DNA of 64,000 bases from Arenicellales bacterium (GCA_965214615.1 OZ243952.1:1539941-1603940); one strand, 5' to 3'. Shown: positions 47,233 to 56,437, counted from the stretch's first letter. Translations and numbers: made by a program. Notes: generated by a model from the sequence alone, not told the origin.

Positions 47233-49107
47233 ATGATCATTTACAGCGCAACACGCGGGGAATTTTCCAAAGCAGTGACCGACAACATTATTGATGAGGA
47301 AGTTGAACGTCAATATGTGACGAGATTGAAACGCCGACCGCCTCCGGGGGAAATGCGGGCTTGGAGAAACTCATTGCCGCAAATGGAGATCGCGTTCGCA
47401 AATTCGAACGTGCCTGAAGATGCTGGCGTTGCGATCGAATATGTGGTTCCATTTACCTCAAAGCGAATTGACTTTCTCATAAGCGGGCGCGACCGTCAGA
47501 ATCAGGAATCACTGGTTATTGTTGAACTCAAGCAGTGGGAGAAGGTGCAAGATACTGCCGTAAAATCAGTAGTAAAGACATATCTCGGAGGTGGAATAAG
47601 GGATGTTGCCCATCCGTCTTACCAAGCTTGGAGCTACATGAGGTTTATCAAGGATTTCAATACAGAGGCTTCGGAGTCAAATATCCAGATGAAGCCATGT
47701 AGTTATCTCCACAATTGCATCGATCCGTCCCCGATTATGACTGAGTTCTATGACAACTGCCTGGAATTAGCGCCGCTTTTCGGCAGGCATGATGTAGGAA
47801 ACCTAGGGGAATTATTAGACAGACACATCGCTTACGGTGACAGTGGCAAGCTCGTCGCCCGTTTGGACAAAGGCAAGCTTGCGCCTTCTAAGCACCTCAT
47901 AGAGCACGTTTTTTCGTTGCTCAAAGGCAATGAGGCATTCGTCCTGCTTGACGATCAGAAACTCGTATTCGAATGCATACTCCATTTGGCAGAGAAGGCG
48001 AACCGCGCCGGTTCAAGAAAGCAGGTTGTCGTGGTAGAAGGAGGTCCGGGGACAGGTAAATCGGTATTGGCGATCAATTTGCTTGCCAAAATACTTCAAC
48101 GTGATTTGATTTGCCACTATGTGACTCAGAATAGCGCACCCCGAGAAGTCTTTAAAAAAGTTCTCAAAGGACATTTCAATGCTGATGCAATTGATGGCTT
48201 ATTCCGATCTCCAGAACCGTATGTCGAGGCTGAACCGAATTCAATTGGATCTCTGATCGTGGATGAAGCTCATCGCTTGAAACGAAAGTCAGGTATTTTC
48301 GACCATCGCGGTGAAAACCAGATTATGGAGATTGTTCGAGCTGCGAATTTTTCAGTCTTTTTTATCGACGAGGACCAACGGGTCACGAGCAAAGACAACG
48401 GCCGTATTGCTGAAATTATGACACAGGCTGGTCGATTCAACGCTGCTGTGACAAAACTCAAGCTCGAGTCACAATTTCGATGTAACGGGTCTGACGGGTA
48501 TCTGGCGTGGATCAATCACGCATTGCAGATTCGCGAGACAGCCAATCCTACGCTCGACGGGATTGACTATGATTTCAGGGTGTTTGACTCGCCCAGTCGA
48601 CTGTACGACTCCATAGTCGAAAAGAATAACGACAAGATACAAGCCCGCATGGTTGCTGGCTATTGCTGGAATTGGGTGAGCAAGAAAGACAAAACCGCAT
48701 ATGACATTGTCTTTGGAGAGTTTGATTTTCGAATGCGATGGAATTTGGTTGATCACGGACAGGCGTGGCTGATTCAGGATGATTCGATTTCAGAGGTCGG
48801 GTGCATCTATACCTGCCAAGGCTTGGAATTGGATTATGTCGGTGTAATCATAGGTCCCGATTTGATTGTTCGCGATGGGGAAGTTCAGGTCCACGGTCTC
48901 GCACATGCGGGCACCGACAGGCAATTTGGGCTAAAAACAAAGCTAAAGAAAAAAGACCGAGATGCCCGCAAACTTGCCGACACCATCACGCGCAATATTT
49001 ATCGAACTTTGATGACCCGTGGTCAGAAAGGGTGCTACATCTATTGCGCAGACAAGGAGACGAACGAATATTTTAAGAGTTTTGTTCGTAATAGGAATCA
49101 AGCCTAA
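47233..49107 (+). CDS. DUF2075-type protein: N-terminal PD-(D/E)XK-like nuclease module plus P-loop SF1-like helicase/ATPase
   Basis: 624 aa. The nuclease-like motif is KRIDFLISG...LVIVELKQWE. Walker A is GGPGTGKSV, Walker B is LIVDEAHRL, and a late helicase-like motif is YTCQGLELDYVGVIIG. The gene is visibly AT-richer than both neighbours. Confidence 0.7.
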   Translation: MIIYSATRGEFSKAVTDNIIDEEVERQYVTRLKRRPPPGEMRAWRNSLPQMEIAFANSNVPEDAGVAIEYVVPFTSKRIDFLISGRDRQNQESLVIVELKQWEKVQDTAVKSVVKTYLGGGIRDVAHPSYQAWSYMRFIKDFNTEASESNIQMKPCSYLHNCIDPSPIMTEFYDNCLELAPLFGRHDVGNLGELLDRHIAYGDSGKLVARLDKGKLAPSKHLIEHVFSLLKGNEAFVLLDDQKLVFECILHLAEKANRAGSRKQVVVVEGGPGTGKSVLAINLLAKILQRDLICHYVTQNSAPREVFKKVLKGHFNADAIDGLFRSPEPYVEAEPNSIGSLIVDEAHRLKRKSGIFDHRGENQIMEIVRAANFSVFFIDEDQRVTSKDNGRIAEIMTQAGRFNAAVTKLKLESQFRCNGSDGYLAWINHALQIRETANPTLDGIDYDFRVFDSPSRLYDSIVEKNNDKIQARMVAGYCWNWVSKKDKTAYDIVFGEFDFRMRWNLVDHGQAWLIQDDSISEVGCIYTCQGLELDYVGVIIGPDLIVRDGEVQVHGLAHAGTDRQFGLKTKLKKKDRDARKLADTITRNIYRTLMTRGQKGCYIYCADKETNEYFKSFVRNRNQA

Positions 49108-49166
49108 TCCGGTAAATCTGAAAGCGAACGCATGATGTTGTCAATCAAAGCATTTCATGGATCCTA

Positions 49167-49589
49167 ATGGCTGCGCCCGATAAGACGATCGAATCAGCAC
49201 CTGTCGAGGGACCCACCGGCGCGGTGTCGCTGCAAACGCTTGCCATGCCGTCAAACTCCAATCCCAATGGTGACATTTTCGGCGGCTGGATCATGTCGCA
49301 GATGGATATAGCAGGCGGCATCCATGCAGTCGACATTGCAGAAGGACGCGTTGTTACCGTCGCGGTCGATGCAATGACGTTTCATCTGCCCGTATTCGTC
49401 GGAGACGTAGTCACCTGCTACTGCAAAACCGATAGAATCGGCAATTCCTCGATTGCCGTACGTGTTGAAGCATGGGTGCGCAGGCGGTTCACAAAAACTG
49501 TGGAACGCGTGACCGGAGGACTGTTCACATTCGTTGCAATCGACGACGAAGGCAAGCCTCGGCCTGTATCGATTTCCAGGGACGGCTGA
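49167..49589 (+). CDS. acyl-CoA thioesterase (YciA-like hotdog fold)
   Basis: 140 aa containing NPNGDIFGGWIMSQMDIAGG. Confidence 0.8.
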   Translation: MAAPDKTIESAPVEGPTGAVSLQTLAMPSNSNPNGDIFGGWIMSQMDIAGGIHAVDIAEGRVVTVAVDAMTFHLPVFVGDVVTCYCKTDRIGNSSIAVRVEAWVRRRFTKTVERVTGGLFTFVAIDDEGKPRPVSISRDG

Positions 49590-49590
49590 A

Positions 49591-50142
49591 GTGAACACAG
49601 ACCCGGCAAATCTGATCGCGCAGATATCCAAGAGCGGCTTGCCGCCTGTGCACAAGTGGAATCCGGAATTTTGCGGAGATATCGATATCCGGATTGCGCG
49701 CGACGGAACCTGGTTCTACATGGGATCTCCTATTGGCCGTCGGCGGCTGGTGCGTCTTTTTTCGACAGTGCTGCGTAAAGACTCAGATGGCGAGCATTAT
49801 CTGGTTACCCCGGTAGAAAAGCTGCGCATCGCGGTGGAAGACGCCCCGTTTGTGGTGGTTGAAGTGCAAGAGACAGGGCAAGGGAGCGAGCAGAAACTGT
49901 GTTTCCGCACCAAGACCGAGGATGTTGTTCCTGCAGATGCGGATCATCCGATTAGCGTGGAGGTGAACGAAGACGGTCAGCCTAGCCCGTATATCGAAGT
50001 TCGAAGCGGATTAATGGGCCTGATCGCTAGAAACGTCTATTATCAGCTTGTTGAACTTGGGGTTGAGCGTACAGTCGGAGGCAAGTCGGTGCTCGGCGTG
50101 TGGAGTTGCGGGCAATTTTTTGAACTTGGACAATGCGACTGA
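49591..50142 (+). CDS. DUF1285-like protein
   Basis: The pattern WNPEFCGDIDIRIARDGTWFYMGSPIGRRRLVRLFSTVL resembles DUF1285. The GTG at 49591, just after the yciA-like stop, is preferred over the overlapping ATG at 49534. Confidence 0.6.
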   Translation: MNTDPANLIAQISKSGLPPVHKWNPEFCGDIDIRIARDGTWFYMGSPIGRRRLVRLFSTVLRKDSDGEHYLVTPVEKLRIAVEDAPFVVVEVQETGQGSEQKLCFRTKTEDVVPADADHPISVEVNEDGQPSPYIEVRSGLMGLIARNVYYQLVELGVERTVGGKSVLGVWSCGQFFELGQCD

Positions 50143-50149
50143 CAGTTTT

Positions 50150-50644
50150 ATGAACACGGAGATCGAATCGGTGCGCGTCTCAGACGTCGTGTCAATCAGA
50201 AGAATCCTGCAAGACAGCAAGACGATTGCCGTAGTCGGCTTGTCGGCAAAGTGGCATCGTCCCAGCTATTTCGCAGCGAAGTACATGCTCGAACACGGAT
50301 ACGAAATTGTTCCCGTCAATCCGAACTATGATGAGATTCTAGGTCGAAAGTGCTTTCCCCGAATCGAAGACATTCCCTTTGACATTGACGTCGTCGATGT
50401 TTTCCAACGGTCCGAAGTCGTCGAGCCCATTGCCGAATCAGCTGTGCGTGCGGGTGCCAAAGTACTTTGGCTGCAGATTGGCGTAGAGAACGAAGCCGCC
50501 GGAGTAGTTGCCTGCAACGCCGGAATGGATGTTGTGATGGACCGATGCATGAAAATAGAGCATGCCAGGATTTTCGGCGGACTGAATTTTATCGGAGTAG
50601 ACACATCGATCATTTCTTCGTCTCGCCCGACGTGGCTTCCGTAA
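50150..50644 (+). CDS. CoA-binding domain protein (YccU-like)
   Basis: Contains KTIAVVGLSAKWHRPSYFAAKYMLEHGYEIVPVNP. The internal ATG at 50150 is preferred over the track start at 50048. Confidence 0.8.
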   Translation: MNTEIESVRVSDVVSIRRILQDSKTIAVVGLSAKWHRPSYFAAKYMLEHGYEIVPVNPNYDEILGRKCFPRIEDIPFDIDVVDVFQRSEVVEPIAESAVRAGAKVLWLQIGVENEAAGVVACNAGMDVVMDRCMKIEHARIFGGLNFIGVDTSIISSSRPTWLP

Positions 50645-50659
50645 CCCCGGGGGTTCAAA

Positions 50660-51952
50660 ATGTCTGACCGCAAATACGGTATTGAAACTCTGGCCCTGCA
50701 CGCCGGCCAGCTGCCTGATCCGGTGACTGGATCGCGGGCCCCTCCGATCTACCAGACAGCTGCGTATGTTTTTGACAACGCCGACCATGCGGCAAGCCTG
50801 TTCAACCTGCAGACATTCGGCAATATCTATTCGCGGCTGATGAATCCGACAAACGCCGTGTTCGAGCAAAGAATGGCTGCGCTGGAAGGAGGTCGGTCGG
50901 CGGTCGCCGTGGCTTCCGGAATGGCCGCGCAAATGGTCGCCTTGCTCAACATTCTTGAAGCAGGCGATGAAATTGTATCTTCAAAGAACCTGTACGGCGG
51001 CACCCATACCCAGTTCGCAGTCAATTTCCGGAAACTGGGGATCAAGGCGAAATTTGTGGACTCCGATCACCCCGAAGAGTTTCGCGATGCGGTTTCGGAA
51101 GAAACCAAGTGCCTCTATATCGAAACTATAGGCAATCCTGCGGGCAACGTTCCAGACTTCGAAGCCATAGCTGACGTGGCGCGCGAAGCCGGAGTTCCGC
51201 TTGTCGTCGACAACACGTTTGCAACGCCGTACCTGTTTCGGCCTTTCGAACACGGGGCAGACATTATCGTACATTCGGCGACAAAGTTCATTTGCGGTCA
51301 CGGCACATCCATCGGAGGCGTTCTGGTCGAATCCGGCAAATTCCCTTGGGACAATGGTAAATTTCCATGTATGACAGAGCCATCAGAAGGCTACCACGGT
51401 GTTCGGTTCTACGAAACCTTCGGAGACTTCGGCTACACGATGAAGGCGCGATGCGAAATTCTTAGGACTTTCGGACCTGCGCTGAGTCCGTTCAATTCAT
51501 TTCTCTTCCTGCAAGGACTTGAAACGCTGCCGGTACGGATGGATCGTCACTGTGAGAACACCATGAGCGTTGCTGAATTTCTTCAAAGTCACAAAGCCGT
51601 GGAATCTGTGGCCTATCCTGGACTGAAATCAGATCGATATCATGATCTAGCCTGCAAGTATTTCCCCAAAGGCGCCGGAGCGATACTGAGTTTCGGAATC
51701 CGCGGCGGATATGATTCGTGCGTGCGTTTCATCGAATCCGTGCAATTCATAAGCCATCTTGCCAATCTAGGTGATGCGAAGACTTTGGTGGTACATCCTG
51801 CGTCGACGACCCATCGCCAACTCGACGAGGAAGCTCAATTCGCAGCCGGTATCACGCCGAACATGGTCCGATTATCGGTGGGACTGGAGTCGCTCGACGA
51901 TATCTTGTGGGATTTGGATCAGGCTCTGGAGCAGTCTCAGAAAAGGGCTTAG
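50660..51952 (+). CDS. metY: O-acetylhomoserine sulfhydrylase (PLP-dependent)
   Basis: 430 aa Cys/Met-metabolism PLP enzyme with the lysine motif SATKFICGHGTSIGG. Confidence 0.9.
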   Translation: MSDRKYGIETLALHAGQLPDPVTGSRAPPIYQTAAYVFDNADHAASLFNLQTFGNIYSRLMNPTNAVFEQRMAALEGGRSAVAVASGMAAQMVALLNILEAGDEIVSSKNLYGGTHTQFAVNFRKLGIKAKFVDSDHPEEFRDAVSEETKCLYIETIGNPAGNVPDFEAIADVAREAGVPLVVDNTFATPYLFRPFEHGADIIVHSATKFICGHGTSIGGVLVESGKFPWDNGKFPCMTEPSEGYHGVRFYETFGDFGYTMKARCEILRTFGPALSPFNSFLFLQGLETLPVRMDRHCENTMSVAEFLQSHKAVESVAYPGLKSDRYHDLACKYFPKGAGAILSFGIRGGYDSCVRFIESVQFISHLANLGDAKTLVVHPASTTHRQLDEEAQFAAGITPNMVRLSVGLESLDDILWDLDQALEQSQKRA

Positions 51953-52208
51953 CCAGATCGCAGAACCGATCAAGGATGAATCGGGGGCGGGCTAAGCATC
52001 TCCCTGCCGTGGGCCAAGCTCTTTGAAAGGCTGATTGAATATTCAATCGTCTGCCATTGGCCGACGGATATTCCAATGGCGTCGACCGTGCACTAGCTTA
52101 CCCTTGATTCAGCATGTCAATATCACTTTGATTCGGTTATTTTCCAAAGATTGTCATATAATTCTTGAAAAACAAAAATAATAATTTAGATATTCAAGGA
52201 AAAAAACG

Positions 52209-53393
52209 ATGACTGAGTTAATTGGAAGATCGGAGGCGATCCGTCGAATTAACGCCAATTTCCGAGTGCATCCCGCGGTTGCCTTAGTGGGTCCTCGGCA
52301 GTGCGGAAAGACTACTCTCGCGCGAATGTTTGCACAAAACGATTCAACTGTTGCGATGTTTGATCTTGAAGACCCCGTTGACCGGCGCAAGTTGCAGGCA
52401 TCGCAACAGACTCTGCGCAGACTATCCGGGCTGGTAATCATTGACGAAATCCAAAGGCAGCCCGAATTGCTGGAATTGCTCCGGGTCATACTGGATGCTC
52501 CGGACTGCAACAAGCGATTTCTAATCCTTGGCAGTGCTTCGCCGCAATTGATCAGGACTTCAACCGAGACTCTGGCAGGAAGAGTTGGAATCGTAAGTCT
52601 TTCCGGATTTTCGCTGCAAGAGTTGCCAGACACCGACTGGACTGATCTCTGGGTCCGAGGAGGGTTTCCAAGAAGTTATTTGGCCGTAGATGGCGAGGCG
52701 TCGTATTTGTGGCGCCGAAATTTCATTCGTACTTTTCTGGAACGGGATATTCCGCAACTGGGAATAACGACTCCAGCGGAGACATTGCGGCGATTTTGGA
52801 CCATGATTGCCCACTACCATGGCCAAGTGTGGAATAGCGCCGAGTTTGCGCGCGCTTTGGGTACCAGTGAGCCTACGGCACGGCGCTATGTCGATATTTT
52901 GAGTTCAGCTTTCATGGTGAGACTTTTGGCGCCCTGGCATGCCAATGTGAAGAAGCGCCAACTGCGATCGCCAAAGGTCTATTTGAAAGATCCCGGGCTG
53001 TTGCATGCATTGCTTGACATGGATTCGCTCGAATCCATTTATGGACATCCCAAATGCGGAGCGTCGTTCGAAGGCTTCGTCATCGAACAGTTGATTGATG
53101 CGCTGGATTCGGATTCGGTATATTTTTGGGCAACGCACGCTGGAGCGGAGCTCGACTTGCTTATTACCATTGCAGGAAGGCACTATGGCATCGAGTGCAA
53201 ATTCAGCGATGCGCCAAGAACCACTCGGTCAATGCGAGTCGCCATGGATGATTTAAAACTTGAGCATCTATGGGTCGTCTATCCGGGTGATGATACATAT
53301 CGGCTGGACGAAAAAATATCCGCGACTTCTGTCCAGGGGGCATTGAAAGCACTTAAGCTGGTCCAGGAAGGCAATTTCGACCGGATGCTGTAA
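52209..53393 (+). CDS. AAA-type ATPase with a DUF4143-like C-terminal domain (COG1373-like)
   Basis: Walker A GPRQCGKTT and Walker B VIIDEIQ. The C-terminal nuclease-like pattern is GAELDLLI...GIECKFSD. The leader upstream is AT-rich. Confidence 0.8.
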   Translation: MTELIGRSEAIRRINANFRVHPAVALVGPRQCGKTTLARMFAQNDSTVAMFDLEDPVDRRKLQASQQTLRRLSGLVIIDEIQRQPELLELLRVILDAPDCNKRFLILGSASPQLIRTSTETLAGRVGIVSLSGFSLQELPDTDWTDLWVRGGFPRSYLAVDGEASYLWRRNFIRTFLERDIPQLGITTPAETLRRFWTMIAHYHGQVWNSAEFARALGTSEPTARRYVDILSSAFMVRLLAPWHANVKKRQLRSPKVYLKDPGLLHALLDMDSLESIYGHPKCGASFEGFVIEQLIDALDSDSVYFWATHAGAELDLLITIAGRHYGIECKFSDAPRTTRSMRVAMDDLKLEHLWVVYPGDDTYRLDEKISATSVQGALKALKLVQEGNFDRML

Positions 53394-53451
53394 GACTGCA
53401 GCTATGCAGTTTGATAAAAACGATGGCGCTGATGAACTCCTAGCTGCACGA

Positions 53452-53787
53452 TTAGCGTTTAGGAAACGGAATTACGTTGGTCGGGTCGGCTTTGCGGTCG
53501 GTTCGGAATTTGTGGCATGTCGGAGCGCTTTCGCCTTGAGAGTTCTTTGAACGAACCTCGATTTCGTATTCGATCCCTGGCTCTAACCCGGTGAAGGTGC
53601 AGCCGGGCACCGGAGTTTCAAAACCGTAACTCCATCGATCAGTGCCATCCTCCCGAATTCGCACGATGTAGGTGACGTCAGAATCCCATTTTGCTTCCAG
53701 AATTTTGCCATCCTCCATGGGCAAAGTGACGAACCAGGTTTTGCCGTCCCATCTGATGTCTGGCTGGGCAGTCTCTTTATTGGCCAT
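53452..53787 (-). CDS. small cytoplasmic fibronectin type III-like protein
   Basis: 111 aa with no signal peptide. The FN3-like pattern is YIVRIRE...W...TFTGLEPGIEYEIEVRSKNSQGES, and the tail is NVIPFPKR. Confidence 0.5.
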   Translation of the reverse strand: MANKETAQPDIRWDGKTWFVTLPMEDGKILEAKWDSDVTYIVRIREDGTDRWSYGFETPVPGCTFTGLEPGIEYEIEVRSKNSQGESAPTCHKFRTDRKADPTNVIPFPKR

Positions 53788-53941
53788 TGTGCATGCCTGC
53801 TTTACAAGATTTCAATGATTGACTTGCACTTCTATCGGTTCGCAAGTCTGCTGTGCCGAAATCAGTAATCGTCTAAATTCGCCGCTCATGCGAACCAAGG
53901 CATTCCGACGAAGCAAATGACTGAATGCGAAATGCGCAGCG

Positions 53942-55639
53942 CTAGCTTGGAAGGTAGGCTGAAAAACCTTTTTCAACACCCTTGGGATCCGCCTGAAGCC
54001 CTTGAGCGACCTCGGTCGCCATATCGCCTGGATACAGTTCCTCATCACCGGCTTCAAGCGCGTCCATGGTCAGTTCGGCAACTTGCGCAGGCGGCATCTT
54101 CGGAGGAGGAAAGTCCTTGCTCATATCGGTATCGACTGCGCCGGGCATGACTGCGAGCACGTGGGTGTCTTGCTGTGCGAGTTCGGCGCGAATGCCCTGG
54201 CTCAGACTGAGCCCGGCTGCCTTGGATGCGCAAAGCGACCCCATCAGTGGCAAATTCACCCGTGCCAGAATTGAAAGCATGTTCACAATTGCGCCGCCGC
54301 CGTTAGCCCTCAGGACCGGTGCAAACCCCTGGCACATTGACATGGTTCCGAAATAATTCGTCTCCATCTCTTCACGCGCATCGGCAGAACTGTCGCTAGC
54401 GATAAAGGCGCTCAAGCGGTTTATTCCGGCGTTGTTGATTAAAAGGTTGACATCTGCGCATTGCGCGACGGCATTTGCGATGTCGGCCTGATCAGTGATG
54501 TCGAGCGATATTGCAATAACTTGCCCGGGATAGGCATCTGCAAGGTCGCTCACGCCATCGGCATTGCGTGCGGATGCGTAGATTCGCTTGGCACCGCGCT
54601 TGGCCAACGCAATGACGAATTCCCGGCCAATGCCTCTGTTTGCTCCGGTAATCAGAGCGGTGCACCCGGAGATATCGAATTTTTTCATCATGTCCTGCAT
54701 AGACTCCTGACTGGTTTGAAATGTATTTTCTTCAATTGACTGGTCTTGGTCAAGCCAGCCGTCTTCAATGATCGGCAAAGGGATTGAGTTGAGCAGCAGT
54801 TTAGTATACGCATGCCGGGGAGAATTGAACAGCGTTTCGGCTTCACCGATCTCTACTGTCTTGCCATCATGCAAAACAAGAACTTTGTCGCAAATATGAT
54901 TAACTACGGCCAGATCGTGACTGATGAATACGAGAGAAAGGTCGAGTTCTTCCTTTAGGCCTTGCAGCAAATCCAGAATCCGGGCCTTGGTGGTGACATC
55001 TAGGCCGGAAACGATTTCATCGGCCACGATCAGTTGCGGGCGCACCGCAATTGCCCGGGCTATTCCTACTCTCTGGCGCTGACCGCCGCTTAGTTCGTGC
55101 GGGTACCGGTTGACAAAATCTCCTGGAAGACCGACACGTTCAAGAATGGTTCGCGCGATTCGGTCGGATTCGCGTCGACTGTCGACTTTTCCGAATGCAC
55201 GAAGCGGCTGTATCAAACTGTCGTAGATCCTGTGCCGCGGATTCAGGGCCGACTGTGGGTCTTGAAAGATGATTTGCATGTCGGTCCTCAAGGGGCGCAA
55301 TTCACTTTCCGGGCAGTGGGTGATGTCCCGGTTCTTGAACAGGATTGTTCCTCCTGTCGGGCGGTGCAGCCGCATGATTGTCCGGCCTAGGGACGTTTTA
55401 CCGCTGCCGGATTCGCCAACTATGCCGAGCGACTCGCCGCGTTGAATTGCAAGATCGATTCCCTTGAGAATTTCGACGCACGGAACTGCTCCGAAAACTG
55501 GCTTTTGCGCCGTCCGGTCGGGCAGGGCAAGTCTTAGGGAATGTGTCTCCAGCAAATTGTCGGTAATCACGATGTCTCGCGCGCCTCGCGGCATTGCACA
55601 CTCGAGTTGAGCTGATAGTAGTTCAGCTACAACCTGCAA
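53942..55639 (-). CDS. in-frame fusion of a peptide-type ABC ATPase (DppF/OppF-like) with a C-terminal SDR domain
   Basis: The N-terminal part has GESGSGKTS, LSGGQRQR and VADEIVSGLD. After about 35 linker residues come TGANRGIG and NNAG, and then LCASK where a YxxxK motif is expected. The frame is continuous for 565 codons. The true start may be the ATG at 55594. Confidence 0.8.
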   Translation of the reverse strand: MQVVAELLSAQLECAMPRGARDIVITDNLLETHSLRLALPDRTAQKPVFGAVPCVEILKGIDLAIQRGESLGIVGESGSGKTSLGRTIMRLHRPTGGTILFKNRDITHCPESELRPLRTDMQIIFQDPQSALNPRHRIYDSLIQPLRAFGKVDSRRESDRIARTILERVGLPGDFVNRYPHELSGGQRQRVGIARAIAVRPQLIVADEIVSGLDVTTKARILDLLQGLKEELDLSLVFISHDLAVVNHICDKVLVLHDGKTVEIGEAETLFNSPRHAYTKLLLNSIPLPIIEDGWLDQDQSIEENTFQTSQESMQDMMKKFDISGCTALITGANRGIGREFVIALAKRGAKRIYASARNADGVSDLADAYPGQVIAISLDITDQADIANAVAQCADVNLLINNAGINRLSAFIASDSSADAREEMETNYFGTMSMCQGFAPVLRANGGGAIVNMLSILARVNLPLMGSLCASKAAGLSLSQGIRAELAQQDTHVLAVMPGAVDTDMSKDFPPPKMPPAQVAELTMDALEAGDEELYPGDMATEVAQGLQADPKGVEKGFSAYLPS

Positions 55640-56109
55640 TAGCGCCTGCGCATAAGAATGCCGCGTCTGACGGACAATGCGCGACTTTCTAGCGTCCTGC
55701 GTTTAGGTGCGTCAGGGTAAATTGTACCATTTCGGCCTTTCGGTCGAGGTTTTTCAGCAGACAAGCATCTATAACCAAAGAAAAGCGATGCTGAAATTCG
55801 GATTCCGACTAGGTTCAGTGCTTTATCGATTCGATGCGCCAAGCCGCAATCGTATTTCAGGCGGAGAATCTCTATATGTTTTTCCATGGTAATCCTGGGT
55901 CTGGCCAATTTGCTCACCTCATCTTTCAATCGTGATCTAAACAACCACAATTGAAACCTCGATGCAGTGAGATTTCAAATTACGCTGGAAAAACGTGCCA
56001 CAAAAGGCTTAGATTCTACGTGTTCATTTACTTGCGAATCGTTGTTCAATAACCGTGCGATACAGTGTTCATTTACTTGCGAAACTCTGTTCATTTACGG
56101 TGCGAATAC
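55627..56109 (-). mobile_element. remnant of an IS21-family element: multi-repeat terminus plus a truncated istA 5' fragment
   Basis: A minus-strand ATG at 55887 opens MEKHIEILRLKYDCGLAHRIDKALNL, which resembles the IstA N-terminal HTH before degenerating. Four 22-bp direct repeats lie about 135-220 nt upstream, which is how IS21-family ends are organised as I recall it. Confidence 0.4.
56021..56109. repeat. four head-to-tail 22/23-bp direct repeats, consensus TGTTCAWTWAC(N)NTGCGAWA
   Basis: The copies start at 56021, 56043, 56066 and 56088. They read tgttcatttacttgcgaatcgt, tgttcaataaccgtgcgatacag, tgttcatttacttgcgaaactc and tgttcatttacggtgcgaatac. Confidence 0.9.
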
Positions 56110-56437
56110 TCAAGTGCCAGTTCCAGAAACGAGATATCGAGCAAATCTGGGACTTGATTACAACAGGCGGCGGGTTTGGAATTGCGACGCTTTCACATAA
56201 CGGTAGAATCTCAACAAGCAGACCTTTCCTTTCCTGTTGGTTCAATGCAAATTTCGGGTAGACAAGAACTCGCAGCAACTCAGTGATTGTTGCGCCACTT
56301 GCTAACGGTGCTATGCGTTTGGAGCGTCAAGCTGCACGTAGCCAAGATAGTGCGCCGGCTTTAAACAACAGAGCCGAAACTAAGACATTGGTGTCGAGAA
56401 CGGTTCGAGTTGGCGTTACCTTTGCGTTCTGGCCCAC
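56103..56437 (-). pseudogene. PIN-domain toxin (VapC-like) pseudogene
   Basis: A GTG at 56437 overlaps the antitoxin end and opens ...RTVLDTNVLVSALLFKAGALSWLRAA. There is an in-frame TGA at 56327-56329. Homology continues (ITELLRVLVYPKFAL...), and a 1-nt loss in a C-run (56149-56151) shifts the frame to PDLLDISFLELALEYS. The gene ends abruptly at the 22-bp repeat array. Confidence 0.65.
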
